NCBI GenBank assembly: GCA_963748215.1
Contig: CAVVHS010000006.1
Location: forward strand, 960,001-1,024,000
DNA: 64,000 nucleotides
Source: an uncultured Gammaproteobacteria bacterium
GTDB taxonomy: Bacteria > Pseudomonadota > Gammaproteobacteria > UBA9214
Direction of reading: 5' to 3'
Under the pieces are notes generated by a model. It searched no databases, was not told where the DNA came from, and saw only the letters and a list, made by a program, of their open reading frames with translations. How positions within the stretch are numbered: the first letter of the stretch is position 1; the number at the start of each line of letters is the position of its first letter. A program made the translations under genes and the position numbers. Shown here piece after piece: positions 31,084 to 45,175 of this stretch.

Positions 31084-33024
31084 ATGTCCGAGAGCAAGAT
31101 CTACGATGTACCGGAATCATTCGCAAGAACAGCACACCTCGACGCAGCGCAATACCAGGCCATGTACCGGCAATCCGTCGAGGACCCTGACGGATTCTGG
31201 GCAGAGCAGGCCGGGAAATTCCTGACCTGGGAGCAGCGCTGGGACAAGGTGGTGGACGCGGATTTCAGCAAGGGCGACATCCGCTGGTTCGAGGGCGGCA
31301 AGCTGAATGCCTGCTTCAACTGCGTCGACCGGCACCTGGAAAAGCGCTCCACGCAGACCGCACTGATCTGGGAGGGCGACGACCCCGCCGACGACGCACA
31401 CATCAGCTACGGCGAACTGTATGAGCACGTCTGCCGCCTGGCCAATGCACTGAAGGCGCGCAACGTCGGCAAGGGCGACCGCGTCTGCATCTACATGCCG
31501 ATGATTCCGGAAGCGGTCTACGCCATGCTGGCCTGCGCGCGTATCGGCGCCGTTCACTCGGTGGTATTCGGCGGCTTTTCACCGGATTCGCTCAAGGGCC
31601 GCATTCTCGACTCGGACTGCCGGACCGTCATCACCGCCGATGAAGGCCTGCGCGGCGGCAAGACCGTACCGCTCAAGGCCAACGTCGACAAGGCGCTGCA
31701 GGGCTGCCCCGATGTACACAGCGTGATTGTCGTACGCCGCACCGGCAGCAGCGACGTGGGCTGGCACGAGGAACGTGATATCTGGTATCACGACGCGATA
31801 GCGGCCACGGAGGTCGAATGTCCGGTCGAATGGATGGATGCCGAGGATCCTCTGTTCATCCTCTACACCTCGGGCTCCACCGGCAAGCCGAAGGGTGTGC
31901 TGCACACCACGGGCGGCTACCTGCTGTACGCGGCCATGACGCACAAGTACGTGTTCGACTACCACGACGGCGATATCTACTGGTGTACCGCGGATGTCGG
32001 CTGGATTACCGGTCATACCTACATCGTGTACGGACCGCTTGCCAATGGCGGCGTGTCGCTCATGTTCGAGGGAGTGCCCACCTACCCGGATGCCTCGCGC
32101 TTCTGGAAGGTTTGCGACAAGCACAAGGTCAACACGTTCTATACCGCGCCGACGGCCTTGCGCGCGCTCATGCGCATGGGTGAGGAGCCGCTCAGGAAGT
32201 CCTCGCGCAGCAGCCTCCGTCTGCTGGGCACGGTCGGCGAGCCGATCAACCCCGAGGCATGGGAATGGTATTACCACAAGGTCGGTGACGCACGCTGCCC
32301 GATCGTCGACACCTGGTGGCAAACCGAAACCGGTGGCCACATGATCACCCCGCTGCCGGGCGCCACCCGCCTGAAACCCGGCTCCGCCACCCTGCCCTTT
32401 TTCGGCGTGCGACCGGCCATCGTCGACAACCAGGGCAAAATCCTGGAGGGAGAGGCCGAGGGCAACCTGGTGATCACCCACACCTGGCCGGCGCAGATCC
32501 GCACCGTCTACGGCGATCACCAGCGTCTTATCGACACCTATTTCTCGGCGTTTCCCGGCATGTACTTCACCGGCGACGGTGCACGGCGCGACGCGGATGG
32601 CTACTACTGGATCACCGGCCGCGTGGACGACGTGCTGGTCGTGTCCGGCCATAACCTCGGCACCGCGGAGCTGGAAAGTGCACTGGTGCTGCACGCGGCG
32701 GTGGCCGAGGCAGCCATCGTTGGTTATCCGCACGACATCAAGGGCCAGGGCATCTATGCCTATGTCACGCTGGTCAACGGCGTGGAACCGACCGAGGCAC
32801 TGCGCAAGGAGCTGATCAATCACGTGCGCCAGGAGATCGGCCCCATCGCGACGCCGGACGTCATACAGTGGGCACCGGGGCTGCCCAAGACACGCTCGGG
32901 CAAGATCATGCGCCGCATCCTGCGCAAGATTGCAGCCAATAAAATGGACGAGCTCGGCGACACCTCGACCCTGGCCGATCCCCACGTGGTCGACGACCTG
33001 GTCGCCAACCGGATCGCTACCTGA
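31084..33024 (+). CDS. acs: Acetyl-CoA synthetase
   Basis: [33 protein letters not shown]. Confidence 0.98.
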   Translation: MSESKIYDVPESFARTAHLDAAQYQAMYRQSVEDPDGFWAEQAGKFLTWEQRWDKVVDADFSKGDIRWFEGGKLNACFNCVDRHLEKRSTQTALIWEGDDPADDAHISYGELYEHVCRLANALKARNVGKGDRVCIYMPMIPEAVYAMLACARIGAVHSVVFGGFSPDSLKGRILDSDCRTVITADEGLRGGKTVPLKANVDKALQGCPDVHSVIVVRRTGSSDVGWHEERDIWYHDAIAATEVECPVEWMDAEDPLFILYTSGSTGKPKGVLHTTGGYLLYAAMTHKYVFDYHDGDIYWCTADVGWITGHTYIVYGPLANGGVSLMFEGVPTYPDASRFWKVCDKHKVNTFYTAPTALRALMRMGEEPLRKSSRSSLRLLGTVGEPINPEAWEWYYHKVGDARCPIVDTWWQTETGGHMITPLPGATRLKPGSATLPFFGVRPAIVDNQGKILEGEAEGNLVITHTWPAQIRTVYGDHQRLIDTYFSAFPGMYFTGDGARRDADGYYWITGRVDDVLVVSGHNLGTAELESALVLHAAVAEAAIVGYPHDIKGQGIYAYVTLVNGVEPTEALRKELINHVRQEIGPIATPDVIQWAPGLPKTRSGKIMRRILRKIAANKMDELGDTSTLADPHVVDDLVANRIAT

Positions 33025-33058
33025 GCCGCCGGCATCACCCGCCGGACGCGCGGGGCGC

Positions 33059-34018
33059 ATGATCACAGCCAGCGCGTTCCGGCCGGCCTGGTGGCTGCCC
33101 GGGGCGCACCTGCAGACGCTCTACCCGTCGCTGTTCCGCAAGCGCATCATCCCGCGCCTGACACGCCAGCGGCTGGAATTACCGGACGGCGACTTTATCG
33201 ACATCGACTGGACCGATGCCGGCAGCGATCTGCAGGTGCTGGTGCTGCACGGCCTGGAAGGCTCACTGGAATCCCACTACACCGGCGCCCTGCTCGCCAG
33301 GCTGGCACAGGAAGGCTGTCATGCGGGATTGATGTACTTCCGCGGCCGCAGCGGCGTGGTCAACCGGCTGCCGCGCAGCTACCACTCGGGCGATACCGCG
33401 GATCTCGATTATGCCGTTCGCACACTGCGCACGGCCCACCCGCACCGGAAACTGGCCGTTATCGGCTTCTCGCTCGGCGGCAACGTATTGCTGAAATGGC
33501 TGGGAGAACAGGGCTGCGGCGCGCCCGTCAGCACCGCGATAGCGATTTCCGTGCCCTTCGATCTCGACAGCGCGGCACGGCAGCTCGAACGCGGCCTGTC
33601 GCGCATCTACCGCAATCACCTGCTCGGCAGGCTGCGGCAATCGGTCATGGCGAAATCGGCCACACACCGGCCGCCGCTGCCGCTGCAGGAACTGCACCGG
33701 CTGCGCAGCTTTCGCGCCTTCGATGATGCCATAACCGCACCGTTGCACGGATTTGCCGGTGTTGACGACTACTACTCACGCTCCAGCAGCGGGCAGTTCC
33801 TGCACTCGATCTGCATACCGACCCTGATCCTGCAGGCGCGGGATGATCCGTTTCTTCCGGCCGATGCCCTCCCTGGCGAATCAGACCTCAGCCCGGCCGT
33901 CACCCTGGAACTGGCGGAACACGGCGGCCATGTCGGATTCGTAACCGGGCGCACCCCGGCGGCACCCGTCTTCTGGCTGGAACAACGCATCGCGGAACAT
34001 CTGGCAGGCTATACCTGA
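33059..34018 (+). CDS. Alpha/beta hydrolase, YheT family
   Basis: HLQT, HGLEGS, YHSG, GFSLGG nucleophile elbow, DDPF, GGHVGF. Confidence 0.92.
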   Translation: MITASAFRPAWWLPGAHLQTLYPSLFRKRIIPRLTRQRLELPDGDFIDIDWTDAGSDLQVLVLHGLEGSLESHYTGALLARLAQEGCHAGLMYFRGRSGVVNRLPRSYHSGDTADLDYAVRTLRTAHPHRKLAVIGFSLGGNVLLKWLGEQGCGAPVSTAIAISVPFDLDSAARQLERGLSRIYRNHLLGRLRQSVMAKSATHRPPLPLQELHRLRSFRAFDDAITAPLHGFAGVDDYYSRSSSGQFLHSICIPTLILQARDDPFLPADALPGESDLSPAVTLELAEHGGHVGFVTGRTPAAPVFWLEQRIAEHLAGYT

Positions 34019-34158
34019 TCGACACGGCGCCGGCTGCAGTATCGCCAGCCGTCGGTACAGGCCGGTCTCCGGCACTCTCAAGCAGTCAGGCCCGGTGCCG
34101 ATAACGCCCCTATATAAGGTATTCCGGCACCTTAAATCTCGAGCCACGGGCAACCCAT

Positions 34159-35409
34159 ATGTACAAAATCATTTCCGGTATCACCTTGCTGCTGGCATCC
34201 GCCGTTTGCATGGCCCAGGGCGACATCTGGAACAACCTGTTCCAGGAGAAGCTGCGCGAGGCCAACCAGGGCAACAGCGAGGCACAATACGACGTTGGCA
34301 CCATGTACCAGAACGGCCGCGGCGTAAAGCCGAGTCGCACCAGCGCGGTCGAATGGTTCAGCAAGTCCGCAGACCAGAACAATCCGCAGGCCATCTCGCG
34401 CCTGAAGCTGATGCACGAGAACGAGACACGCTTCAACCGGACACTGGCGGAGGCGGAACAAGGTGACCGTGCAAGCCAGTATGAACTGGGCAATATGTAC
34501 ACCAAGGGTGTCGGTGTGGAAATCGACTACCAGAAAGCGATTGCTGCCTACGAGAAGGCGGCCGACCAGGGTTACGACAAGGCCGCCTACAAGCTGGGAC
34601 TGATCTATAGCGAAGGCAGCGGCATTCCGGCTGACATGAAAGCCGCGTTCAAGTGGTTCAGGATCGCCGCGACCGGCGGCTACCCGGCCGCCCAGTACAA
34701 TCTGGGTAAGATGTACGCTGCCGGCCAGGGAACCGGCAAAGACAACGCGCTGGCGCTGGAATGGCTCAGCAAGGCGGTCGAGGGCGGTTTCGACCAGGCA
34801 CGCGGCGCGATGATCAATGTATCGGAAAACATCGCCATGGAGGCTGCGGCAGCCCGGTCTGCCAGCTCCACGCAGGCCGCACCGGAACCCGCGCCCGTCG
34901 TCACGGCACGCAGGCCCGCCAAACCCGTCGTCAGCCGCAAGCGACGCAAGATAGAGCAGCCCGCAAGCAGGACCTGGAGTATCGAGGACCTGATGCTCGC
35001 CGCCTGGTACCGCGACACCGACCCCGTCACCTACCTGCCGTCCGCGATCAACAACTGCAGGATCGAGGACGACCGGCTCGTATGCCTGAGTGACGACCAG
35101 ACACGACGCACGGCCGCCAACCTGATCAAATACAAGACCAAGGCAATCATCGAGAATTTCACCGACACGGGCACGTTCGAGATCACCTACCGCAACCTGG
35201 TCATCGATGCCAGCCGGATCGAGTCGGCGGACGCCGCTGATGAAACAGGCGGCAGTGATGATGAAAACACCTATACCGTCAAGACCGGCTGGGGCACACC
35301 GCACAACCTGGAGTGCCAGTTCAAGGACCATGGCACGCTCACCTGCGTGAAAAACAAGTCGCACAGCTTCGAACTGATCTCGCCGCAGAACCTCGCGGCC
35401 GGCAAATAA
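34159..35409 (+). CDS. Secreted Sel1-like repeat protein with an unknown C-terminal domain
   Basis: Signal peptide; repeated AQY.LG.MY..G.GV...A..W..KAA.QG units. Confidence 0.9.
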   Translation: MYKIISGITLLLASAVCMAQGDIWNNLFQEKLREANQGNSEAQYDVGTMYQNGRGVKPSRTSAVEWFSKSADQNNPQAISRLKLMHENETRFNRTLAEAEQGDRASQYELGNMYTKGVGVEIDYQKAIAAYEKAADQGYDKAAYKLGLIYSEGSGIPADMKAAFKWFRIAATGGYPAAQYNLGKMYAAGQGTGKDNALALEWLSKAVEGGFDQARGAMINVSENIAMEAAAARSASSTQAAPEPAPVVTARRPAKPVVSRKRRKIEQPASRTWSIEDLMLAAWYRDTDPVTYLPSAINNCRIEDDRLVCLSDDQTRRTAANLIKYKTKAIIENFTDTGTFEITYRNLVIDASRIESADAADETGGSDDENTYTVKTGWGTPHNLECQFKDHGTLTCVKNKSHSFELISPQNLAAGK

Positions 35410-35570
35410 CAACCCTCCACCCGTCGTCCCGCACTCCAGCGGGGCCGGTAGATATTGTCAGCTCCGCACGGTGCGGGCATCATACCTGCATCCGACATGC
35501 AGCGACGAACTGCAGGCCTGCCCGCCGGTCAGTCGGCAACCATAACAATCGGCACATCGTGGAGGAGAAC

Positions 35571-36047
35571 ATGCTTGCAACAGGCGATAGCGCACCGGCT
35601 TTCGAACTGCCGGACTCGGACATGAAGATTCGTTCACTGGAGGAGCTGTCCGGCTCCTGGGTGGTCCTGTACTTCTACCCGCAGGACGACACGCCCGGCT
35701 GCACCATCCAGGCCAACGAATTCACCGACCTGATCGACGACTACGCCGCCGAGGGGATCCAGGTACTGGGCGTCAGCCCCAACGACTGTTTCAGTCACCA
35801 GGCGTTTCGCGAGAAGTACGGCCTGAAAATCGTGCTGCTCGCCGATGTCGACCAGGAAGTCTGCGAACAGTACGGGGTGATTCAGGAAAAGGAGAAGAAC
35901 GGCGTGCGCAAGATCGGCGTTGTCCGGTCAACCTTCGTCATCGACCCGGCTGGCCGGCTGGCCCACGTTGAATACGGCGTCACGCCCAAGGACCATGCGC
36001 ACAAGATACTCGAACGGGTACGGCAGCTTGCAGCAGGCCAGCCCTGA
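35571..36047 (+). CDS. bcp: Peroxiredoxin, BCP/PrxQ family
   Basis: LYFYPQDDTPGCT, RSTFVID; strong GGAGG RBS. Confidence 0.92.
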   Translation: MLATGDSAPAFELPDSDMKIRSLEELSGSWVVLYFYPQDDTPGCTIQANEFTDLIDDYAAEGIQVLGVSPNDCFSHQAFREKYGLKIVLLADVDQEVCEQYGVIQEKEKNGVRKIGVVRSTFVIDPAGRLAHVEYGVTPKDHAHKILERVRQLAAGQP

Positions 36048-36074
36048 CAGCTACGCCCTGTTTCGCCAGGTCTG

Positions 36075-36509
36075 CTACAGTCGCTCGGGAAGGTGGCCGC
36101 GTATTTCGTGCGCGGTGTATTGACCCAGGTTTTTCTCCAGCTCGGTAACCTGCACGTCCGCGGGCAGATCGAGATGCTGTCTGAGATGTCCGAGCAGGTG
36201 CGGCCCGGCCACCAGCAACAGGCGGTTGCAACGCCCGTCCTGGCAGGTAGTCTTCAGGTGATCGCAGAGGTGCTTGGCGAAGCGGATGAGCTCCTGTTCC
36301 ACGGGGTCCACCGAAACGCCCATCGAATGCCTGCCCTTCCCCTTCGAGTCGAAACTGCGCCCGGGACGGTCGGCATTGATATCGCGGGCGTGCTCGCGCC
36401 CTTCCGGATGCTCCAGCACACCAATCTGCTGCAACCCGCCTTCCGGATCGTCAGTGGTGAAGATCCGCGCACTACTGTTGTCTGCGACAACGATCCAGTG
36501 TTTTGACAT
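36075..36509 (-). CDS. Host attachment family protein
   Basis: WIVVADNSSARIF, DRPGRSFDS, LLLVAGPHLLGHLR; GGGAGAGG RBS. Confidence 0.85.
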   Translation of the reverse strand: MSKHWIVVADNSSARIFTTDDPEGGLQQIGVLEHPEGREHARDINADRPGRSFDSKGKGRHSMGVSVDPVEQELIRFAKHLCDHLKTTCQDGRCNRLLLVAGPHLLGHLRQHLDLPADVQVTELEKNLGQYTAHEIRGHLPERL

Positions 36510-37485
36510 AAAGCCCCTCTCCCTTGCATATCCAGTTGTCTGTCTGACCTGCCCGTACATTATACATAGGATATCGCGAACGTATTGACCGGGATCATAT
36601 TACCCATGCCGGGACGACGCAAAAACATACCGCCCGCTCCGTCGTCGCACGAACAGCCGCGTCCCGGGTGACTGCCGCGACGCTAAAACACGGCCGGGCA
36701 GGATTGCCGGTGACACGTGGCCGCCGGGCTGCTGGAGACGTGTGCGCGGGAACGGTCCTGTAGCGGGTCAGGATCTCCGGCTGGCACGCACTCATTATTG
36801 CGGCAGGTGTACCGGCTGCGATCCCGGCAGCAATCCGGATGCCCGCCTGGCGAGTCAGGCCGTATCGCAGCGTTGGGGTATCCGTCGCAAGAGCCGGCTG
36901 CAGCTGATATACGCGGACTCGACGGTGTCCATGCACATCAGGAAGTCACTGCAACCGGCAGGCGGCTTCGCGCAGGCCGACAGTCGGCAGGCTGGTGTTT
37001 ATCGCGGCCAGGTGCGGGCTGCTTCTTGCTTCGATCAGCGACGCCCCGCGATCCCCTTTTATTGTCTGCCTTGCCGTGATGTGCAGGTATTGAGGTCGAT
37101 CATGATGCCGTTTGCGTAGACGGTATCCCTGCGGAACGGTGCCAGGTTTTGTTCCTGGCGAGCCTGCCCTTGCCGCACCGATTCCTCACCTTGTTGATGC
37201 CCCCTCCAGAGAGATGAATGACGACGTCAAACCTTGCGCGGGATGGCCGCTATATCCATATACCACCGGCCGTCAGACGCCAGCATTGTTGCTGTTTTTA
37301 TATCACGATCCGGACAGCATGCAGCATCGGGGAGAGGTTCGTGCGGCCATTCAGCGGGTTAACCGGTCCCGCCGCCAGTATTTGTCCATTCAGCGCAAAC
37401 GCGGGATAATGCCAGTGCAAGATAATAATTCTGATATAGCAGCATTGATAATAACAAGCAGGCGCCCTGCTCCGTAGGTTGCGGC

Positions 37486-38386
37486 ATGAAATTCCGACTC
37501 GGCAAAAGCGAATCCGCCAGTAAAGGCATCGCGCGCATCAATCGCGAGTTGTGCGAGTACGCTGCCGGGATGACCGGAAGCGGCAACGCCCTGACTGACG
37601 ACACGGCATTCGAACTGCGCAAAACCGTGAAGAAGCTGCGGGCGGTGCTGCGGATCAGCCGTCCCGCGCTGGGTAACAGTGCGTATCGGGAACTCGACCG
37701 TCGCATGCGCGACTTCGCCAGGGAACAGGGCCTGCTGCGCGACAGCGCGGTGCTCATCGAAACGCTCGATGCATTGCTGGAACACTTCAAACCGTTTCCG
37801 GATGAAATCGCCATGCAGACGGCAAGGAATGCATTGCACTGCCGCTACGAGCTTGCGCTGGAAGATTTTCTGCAGGCCAATGATGACATATCCCTGACAA
37901 TGCGATTCACCGACATCGAGCAGCGGGTTCGGGATCTCGATCTGCGGCGTGTCTCGCGTGCGATGCTGCTGGAGGGCATCGGCAAGACCTACCGGCGCTG
38001 TCGAACCGGGCTGCAGAAACTGCACGAAATCCCCAGCACGGAAAACAGCCACGATCTGCGCAGACAGGTGAAATATGCATGGAACCAGCTGCGGCTGATA
38101 CGCAGATGGCAGCCCGGCGGATTCAAGCCGGTGATTGCCGGACTGGACAGGCTGGGCGAGCTGCTGGGCCAGGACAGTGATCTCGCCATGCTGGCGGGCA
38201 CTGTCCAGCGCCACCCGGAACTCTGCTGTAACCGTATCCGCGCCGAATTCATTATCGCGCTGGTGGAGGCACGCCGTGTTGCCTTGCTGACTGCAAGCCT
38301 GCGCCTGGCGGACCGGCTCTTTGCCGAGCCGCCGGACAAATTCGCCCGGCGGCTGAAGCACGACAGCGGCGGCAAACTCCGGCTGA
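37486..38386 (+). CDS. CHAD domain protein (3' end probably carries a +1 error; the raw ORF reads through to 38757)
   Basis: ELRKTVKKLRAVLR, RD, HDLRRQVK, LGELLG.D.D CHAD motifs; a TGA at 38384-38386 lies one base out of frame just before the terminator. Confidence 0.8.
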
Positions 38387-38398
38387 GACGCAGGCAAC

Positions 38399-38424
38399 AA
38401 AAAAGGGGCCGCAGCCCCTTTTTT
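38399..38424. terminator. Bidirectional Rho-independent terminator between CHAD and pnp
   Basis: aaaaaaggggc-cgca-gcccctttttt. Confidence 0.85.
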
Positions 38425-38442
38425 ACCGGTTCAGGACCGGTC

Positions 38443-40536
<2,094 letters not shown>

Positions 40537-40597
40537 GAGTAGTTTCCTTTGATTTGGATGGTCATCGGTCGGGCGAGTTGCGCGACAGCGTCGCCGG

Positions 40598-40867
40598 CTA
40601 GCGGCGCAGACCCAGGTTTTCGATCAGGTCCTGGTAGCGCTTGCTGTCCTTGCCCTTGAGGTAGTCAAGCAGCTTGCGGCGCTTGTTGACCATGCGCAGC
40701 AAACCCTGGCGTGAATGATGATCAGCCTTGTGTTTCGCAAAATGGTCGGTCAGATCGGTAATGTTGGCGGTCAGCAGGGCCACCTGCACTTCCGGCGAAC
40801 CGGTATCGGCCGCGCCGCGCTGGTGCGTCTTGACGATCTGTTCCTTTTTCTCGGCATTCAAAGCCAT
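40598..40867 (-). CDS. rpsO: 30S ribosomal protein S15
   Basis: [26 protein letters not shown]. Confidence 0.98.
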   Translation of the reverse strand: MALNAEKKEQIVKTHQRGAADTGSPEVQVALLTANITDLTDHFAKHKADHHSRQGLLRMVNKRRKLLDYLKGKDSKRYQDLIENLGLRR

Positions 40868-40920
40868 GGATAGAACTCCGTGAAATTACGATAATTTCTT
40901 CAAAATTGAGCGAGCTGCGT

Positions 40921-40949
40921 ATTCTAACTGCCGTTGGGGCCGGCCACAA
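40921..40949 (-). promoter_or_regulatory. Putative sigma70 promoter for rpsO-pnp
   Basis: TTGTGG-N17-TAGAAT on the minus strand. Confidence 0.5.
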
Positions 40950-41064
40950 GTCATACCGAGGTGGTAGGCCGGCCGGGCGTTCCCCGGCTTCCCGTCAGTC
41001 TCCCGGACTGTCCGCCTGGACCGCATTGCTCACCGGGCGGTGCCTGTCCCGGTGAGAATGCGGG

Positions 41065-41991
41065 CTAGCGACCGCCCGCCATCAGCCGGCGCGGTGCGAC
41101 CCGACCGTCGTCCAGGATCTCGCCCATGCCCATGAACTCACGGTCGCCCTCGTACAGCCGCACCCAGCCCTGCGACGGCGCCTGGGGCACCTGCACCGGC
41201 TGGCCCTGACGGATGTAGAAGGCCGCATCCCCGCTCAGGCGTACCCCCGGCCACTGGGCCAGGCCGCTTTCAACCGGCAGCAGGATGCCATCCAGCGCCG
41301 CAAAACCCTCGGCGGCGAGACCCTGCAGGGTCTCCAGGTCATACAGGCTGCTGTCGTCGAACGGCCCGACACTGAGCCGCCGCAGGTCGGCGACATGTGC
41401 CCCGCAGCCCAGCACCGCACCCAGATCCTCAACCAGGGTGCGTACATAGGTGCCCTTGGAGCAATGCACGCTGATCTCGGCGATGTCGTCGTGAAGTGAC
41501 AGCAGTTCCAGGGCATGGATGGTGACACTGCGCGGTTCGCGTACCACTTCGACGCCCTGGCGGGCCAGCTTGTACAGCCGCTCGCCCTTGTGCTTGAGGG
41601 CCGAGTACATGGGCGGCACCTGCTCGATTTCACCACGGAAGCCATCCATGGCCGCGCGGATCTGCGCCCCGGTGACCGTATCCGACGGCATGCGCTCGAT
41701 GATCTCGCCCTCGGAGTCGCCGGTCGTGGTCCGTTCGCCGAGCTTGCAGAAGACGTGGTAACGCTTGTCTGCTTCGAGCAGGAACCCGGAAATCTTGGTC
41801 GCCTCGCCGAAGCAGACCGGCAGCAGGCCGGTCGCCAGCGGGTCGAGGCTGCCGGTATGACCTGCCTTGCGCGCCTGGTAGAGCTTCTTCACCGCCTGCA
41901 GGGCCGCGTTGGAGGTCAGCCCGGCCGGCTTGTCCAGCAACAGGATCCCGTTGACGTTGCGCAGGTTGCCGCGTTTTTGATGTCTGCCCAT
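41065..41991 (-). CDS. truB: tRNA pseudouridine(55) synthase
   Basis: LLDKP, GHTGSLDPLATG, PPMYSALK, CSKGTYVR. Confidence 0.97.
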   Translation of the reverse strand: MGRHQKRGNLRNVNGILLLDKPAGLTSNAALQAVKKLYQARKAGHTGSLDPLATGLLPVCFGEATKISGFLLEADKRYHVFCKLGERTTTGDSEGEIIERMPSDTVTGAQIRAAMDGFRGEIEQVPPMYSALKHKGERLYKLARQGVEVVREPRSVTIHALELLSLHDDIAEISVHCSKGTYVRTLVEDLGAVLGCGAHVADLRRLSVGPFDDSSLYDLETLQGLAAEGFAALDGILLPVESGLAQWPGVRLSGDAAFYIRQGQPVQVPQAPSQGWVRLYEGDREFMGMGEILDDGRVAPRRLMAGGR

Positions 41992-42131
41992 GTAACCTCA
42001 AAGGGACTATTACCCTGTAGTACTTCCAGCACCAGGTGAGCCCGGTTAAACCGCCATTGCAAGGAACGGAGTGTCGCGTTGATCAGGGGTTCCCTGGATA
42101 TATGTCCAGGCGCATCGCTCGGAACAAACCG

Positions 42132-42506
42132 CTACTCCTCGCCCTTGTTGCCCTTGTCGCTGGCGATGGCCCGGTTGATCAGCGCGCCGATCCGCGCACC
42201 CTCTTCCAGTGACCGGTCAAGGAAAAAATGCAGCTCGGGTATTACGCGCATATGCATGCTCTTGCCCAGCTTGTGACGCAGGTAGCCCGCAGCATGCTTC
42301 AATACGGTCATCGATTCGGCGACCTGCTCCTCGCTGCCGAACACCGAAACGTATACCTTGGCATGCCCGAGGTCGCGCGAAACGCTGACCGCCGAAATGC
42401 TGATCATACCCAGCCGCGGGTCCTTCAGCTCATTCTGGATCAGCGCGGCAAGCTCGCGCTGGACCTGCTCGCCGACACGGTGCGTCCTGGGAAATTCTCT
42501 GGGCAT
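42132..42506 (-). CDS. rbfA: 30S ribosome-binding factor A
   Basis: KDPR, VSRDLGHAKVY, PELHF; between infB and truB. Confidence 0.96.
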   Translation of the reverse strand: MPREFPRTHRVGEQVQRELAALIQNELKDPRLGMISISAVSVSRDLGHAKVYVSVFGSEEQVAESMTVLKHAAGYLRHKLGKSMHMRVIPELHFFLDRSLEEGARIGALINRAIASDKGNKGEE

Positions 42507-42518
42507 GATATTTAAATC

Positions 42519-42565
42519 GGGGACAGACCCCGATTATTGCCATGCAACAATCGGGGTCTGTCCCC
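42519..42565. repeat. GGGGACAG REP-like hairpin in the infB-rbfA spacer
   Basis: ggggacagaccccgatt-N13-aatcggggtctgtcccc, perfect 17-bp stem. Confidence 0.75.
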
Positions 42566-42581
42566 AGTCTGTTTCCGTCTG

Positions 42582-45152
42582 CTACAGCGTGCGCGCCACT
42601 TCGACGCGCTCGAACACCTCGATCTGGTCGCCGGCCTTGACGCTGTAGTTCTTCACCCCGATGCCGCACTCGGTACCGGCCTTGACCTCGTTGACGTCGT
42701 CCTTGAAGCGCCGCAAGGACTCGAGCTCGCCTTCGAAGATGACCACGTTGTCACGCAGCACGCGGATCGGCGAACTGCGCCGCACCACACCGTCGAGCAC
42801 GATACTGCCGGCGATATCGCCCAGCTTGCGCGACTTGAACACTTCCTTCACCTCGGCCAGCCCGATGATATCCTCGCGCACCTCGGGTGACAGCATGCCG
42901 GTGGCTATCGCCTTGACGTCGTCGATCGCATTGTAGATCACGCTGTAGTACTTGAGATTGACATTGTTCTCCTCGACCAGGCGTTTCGACGAGGCATCCG
43001 CGCGCACGTTGAAGCCGATGATCATGGCGTTGGAGGCCATCGCCAGGTTCACGTCGGTCTCGTTGATGCCGCCGACGCCGGATGACACCACCTTGACCTT
43101 CACGTCCTCCGCCTCGGAAGTGATATTGGTCAGGGCCTCCCGGAGCGCCTCCGCGCTGCCCTGCACATCGGCCTTGAGCACGATATTCACGGTCGGGCGT
43201 TCTCCCTCGGCAGCCGCAGAGAACACGTCTTCCATGCGGGTCGCCTGTTTGGCGAGGCGCTGGTCACGCGAGCGTTCCTGGCGCAGCTGCGCCAGCTCAC
43301 GCGCCTTGCGCTCGTCGGCCACCACCATGACCTCTTCGCCGGCACCCGGCACGGCCGACAGGCCGAGTACCAGCGCCGGAATGGACGGCCCGGCCTCGTC
43401 GATCTGGCGCCCGGTTTCGTCGAACATCGCGCGTACGCGGCCGTACTCGCTACCCGTCAGGATCAGGTCACCCTTCCTCAGCACGCCATTCTGGACCAGG
43501 ACGGTAGCCACGGCACCGCGGCCCTTGTCGAGACTGGATTCGACCACGATACCGGTGGCCGGGCACTCGTACACAGCCGTCAGCTCGAGCACCTCGGCCT
43601 GCAGCAGTACCGCGTCGAGCAGGTTATCGATGCCTTCGCCGGTCTTGGCTGACACCGGCACGAACATGGTGTCGCCACCCCAGTCTTCAGGCACCACCTG
43701 CAGCGCGGCCATCTCGCTCTTGACGCGCTCCGGATCGGCATCCGGCTTGTCGATCTTGTTGACCGCGATCACCATCGGCACGCCGGCCGCCTTGGCATGC
43801 TGGACGGCCTCCCTGGTTTGCGGCTTGACACCGTCGTCGGCGGCAACCACCAGGATGACGACGTCGGTCACGCCGGCGCCGCGTGCGCGCATCGCGGTGA
43901 AGGCTGCATGGCCCGGGGTATCCAGGAAGCTGATCATGCCCTTGTCGGTTTCCACGTGATAGGCGCCGATGTGCTGGGTAATGCCGCCAGCCTCGCCCTC
44001 GGCGACGCGGGTACGGCGGATATAGTCGAGCAGCGATGTCTTGCCGTGGTCGACATGGCCCATGATGGTGACCACTGGCGGCCGCGGCAGCCGCTCGCCG
44101 CTGACTTCCTCGATCTTCTGCTTGAGTTCCTGCTCCAGCGCATCTTCCTGCAGCGGCTTCGCGATATGCCCCATTTCCTCGACCACCAGCGAGGCCGTAT
44201 CCTGGTCCAGCGCCTGGTTGATGGTGGCCATGACGCCAATCCTCATCAGCGTCTTGATCACCTCGGCGGATTTCACCGACATCTTGCGCGCCAGGTCGGC
44301 CACCGAAATGCTTTCCGGGATACCGACTTCGTACACGACCGTGGCGGTCGGCAATGCAAAACCGTGTTCACCGGTCGATTCGATGGTGACACGGCGCGAT
44401 GTCTTGGTCTTCTTCTTGCGACGCCCGCCCTTGCCGGCAGTGACGTGCAGTTCCTTGCGGCCGTACTTGGTACCGCGCTCCTCGCTGTCGCTGCGCCCGT
44501 GACGCGACTTGCGGTCGCCTTCAGCCGGTTTCTTGTGGCGTCCGTCGTCCGGCTCGGCGCGCGTGCGCGTTTCGCTTGCTGCCAGCGACTGCTTGCGCGC
44601 CTCTTCAGCGGCCTGCTGCCGCGCCTCGCGCTCGGCCTGCAGGCGTTTCTCCTCGGCTGCCTTCTCTTCCTCCAGCTTGAGCAGCGCCTCCTCGCGCTGC
44701 TTGCGCTCGGCCTCGTCGCGCGCCTGTATTTCGGCTTGCTCTAATGCCTTCTCCTCGGCCTCGCGGTCGAGGCGTTCCTTCTCCTCGGCGACCAGATCGG
44801 CGCGTTTGACGTAGGTACGCTTCTTGCGCACTTCCACCGTCACGGTGCGCGCCTCGGGTCGGGCGGTGCGCAATGCACTCCGGCCCGCCGGGCCGCGCCC
44901 TGCTGGCACGGTGGCGCGCAATTCGCTCTGCGTCTTGCGCTTCAGCGAAATCTTGCTGGGGCCCGCTGCCGAAAGCGCGCCGCGCTTGCCGTGGCTCTTG
45001 CGCAGGAAGTCCAGTAACTGCGTCTTCTCGGTATCCGAAATGGTCGCATTCTCGTCGTTGATCTCGAGACCGGCCTCGCTCAGCTGCGTCAGCAGCCGGT
45101 CAGTGGGCACACCAACCACTTCGGCGAATTGTTTTACCGTGACATTCGTCAT
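42582..45152 (-). CDS. infB: Translation initiation factor IF-2
   Basis: [27 protein letters not shown]. Confidence 0.98.
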   Translation of the reverse strand: MTNVTVKQFAEVVGVPTDRLLTQLSEAGLEINDENATISDTEKTQLLDFLRKSHGKRGALSAAGPSKISLKRKTQSELRATVPAGRGPAGRSALRTARPEARTVTVEVRKKRTYVKRADLVAEEKERLDREAEEKALEQAEIQARDEAERKQREEALLKLEEEKAAEEKRLQAEREARQQAAEEARKQSLAASETRTRAEPDDGRHKKPAEGDRKSRHGRSDSEERGTKYGRKELHVTAGKGGRRKKKTKTSRRVTIESTGEHGFALPTATVVYEVGIPESISVADLARKMSVKSAEVIKTLMRIGVMATINQALDQDTASLVVEEMGHIAKPLQEDALEQELKQKIEEVSGERLPRPPVVTIMGHVDHGKTSLLDYIRRTRVAEGEAGGITQHIGAYHVETDKGMISFLDTPGHAAFTAMRARGAGVTDVVILVVAADDGVKPQTREAVQHAKAAGVPMVIAVNKIDKPDADPERVKSEMAALQVVPEDWGGDTMFVPVSAKTGEGIDNLLDAVLLQAEVLELTAVYECPATGIVVESSLDKGRGAVATVLVQNGVLRKGDLILTGSEYGRVRAMFDETGRQIDEAGPSIPALVLGLSAVPGAGEEVMVVADERKARELAQLRQERSRDQRLAKQATRMEDVFSAAAEGERPTVNIVLKADVQGSAEALREALTNITSEAEDVKVKVVSSGVGGINETDVNLAMASNAMIIGFNVRADASSKRLVEENNVNLKYYSVIYNAIDDVKAIATGMLSPEVREDIIGLAEVKEVFKSRKLGDIAGSIVLDGVVRRSSPIRVLRDNVVIFEGELESLRRFKDDVNEVKAGTECGIGVKNYSVKAGDQIEVFERVEVARTL

Positions 45153-45175
45153 TGCCTGTCTTGCTCCTCGATGCT

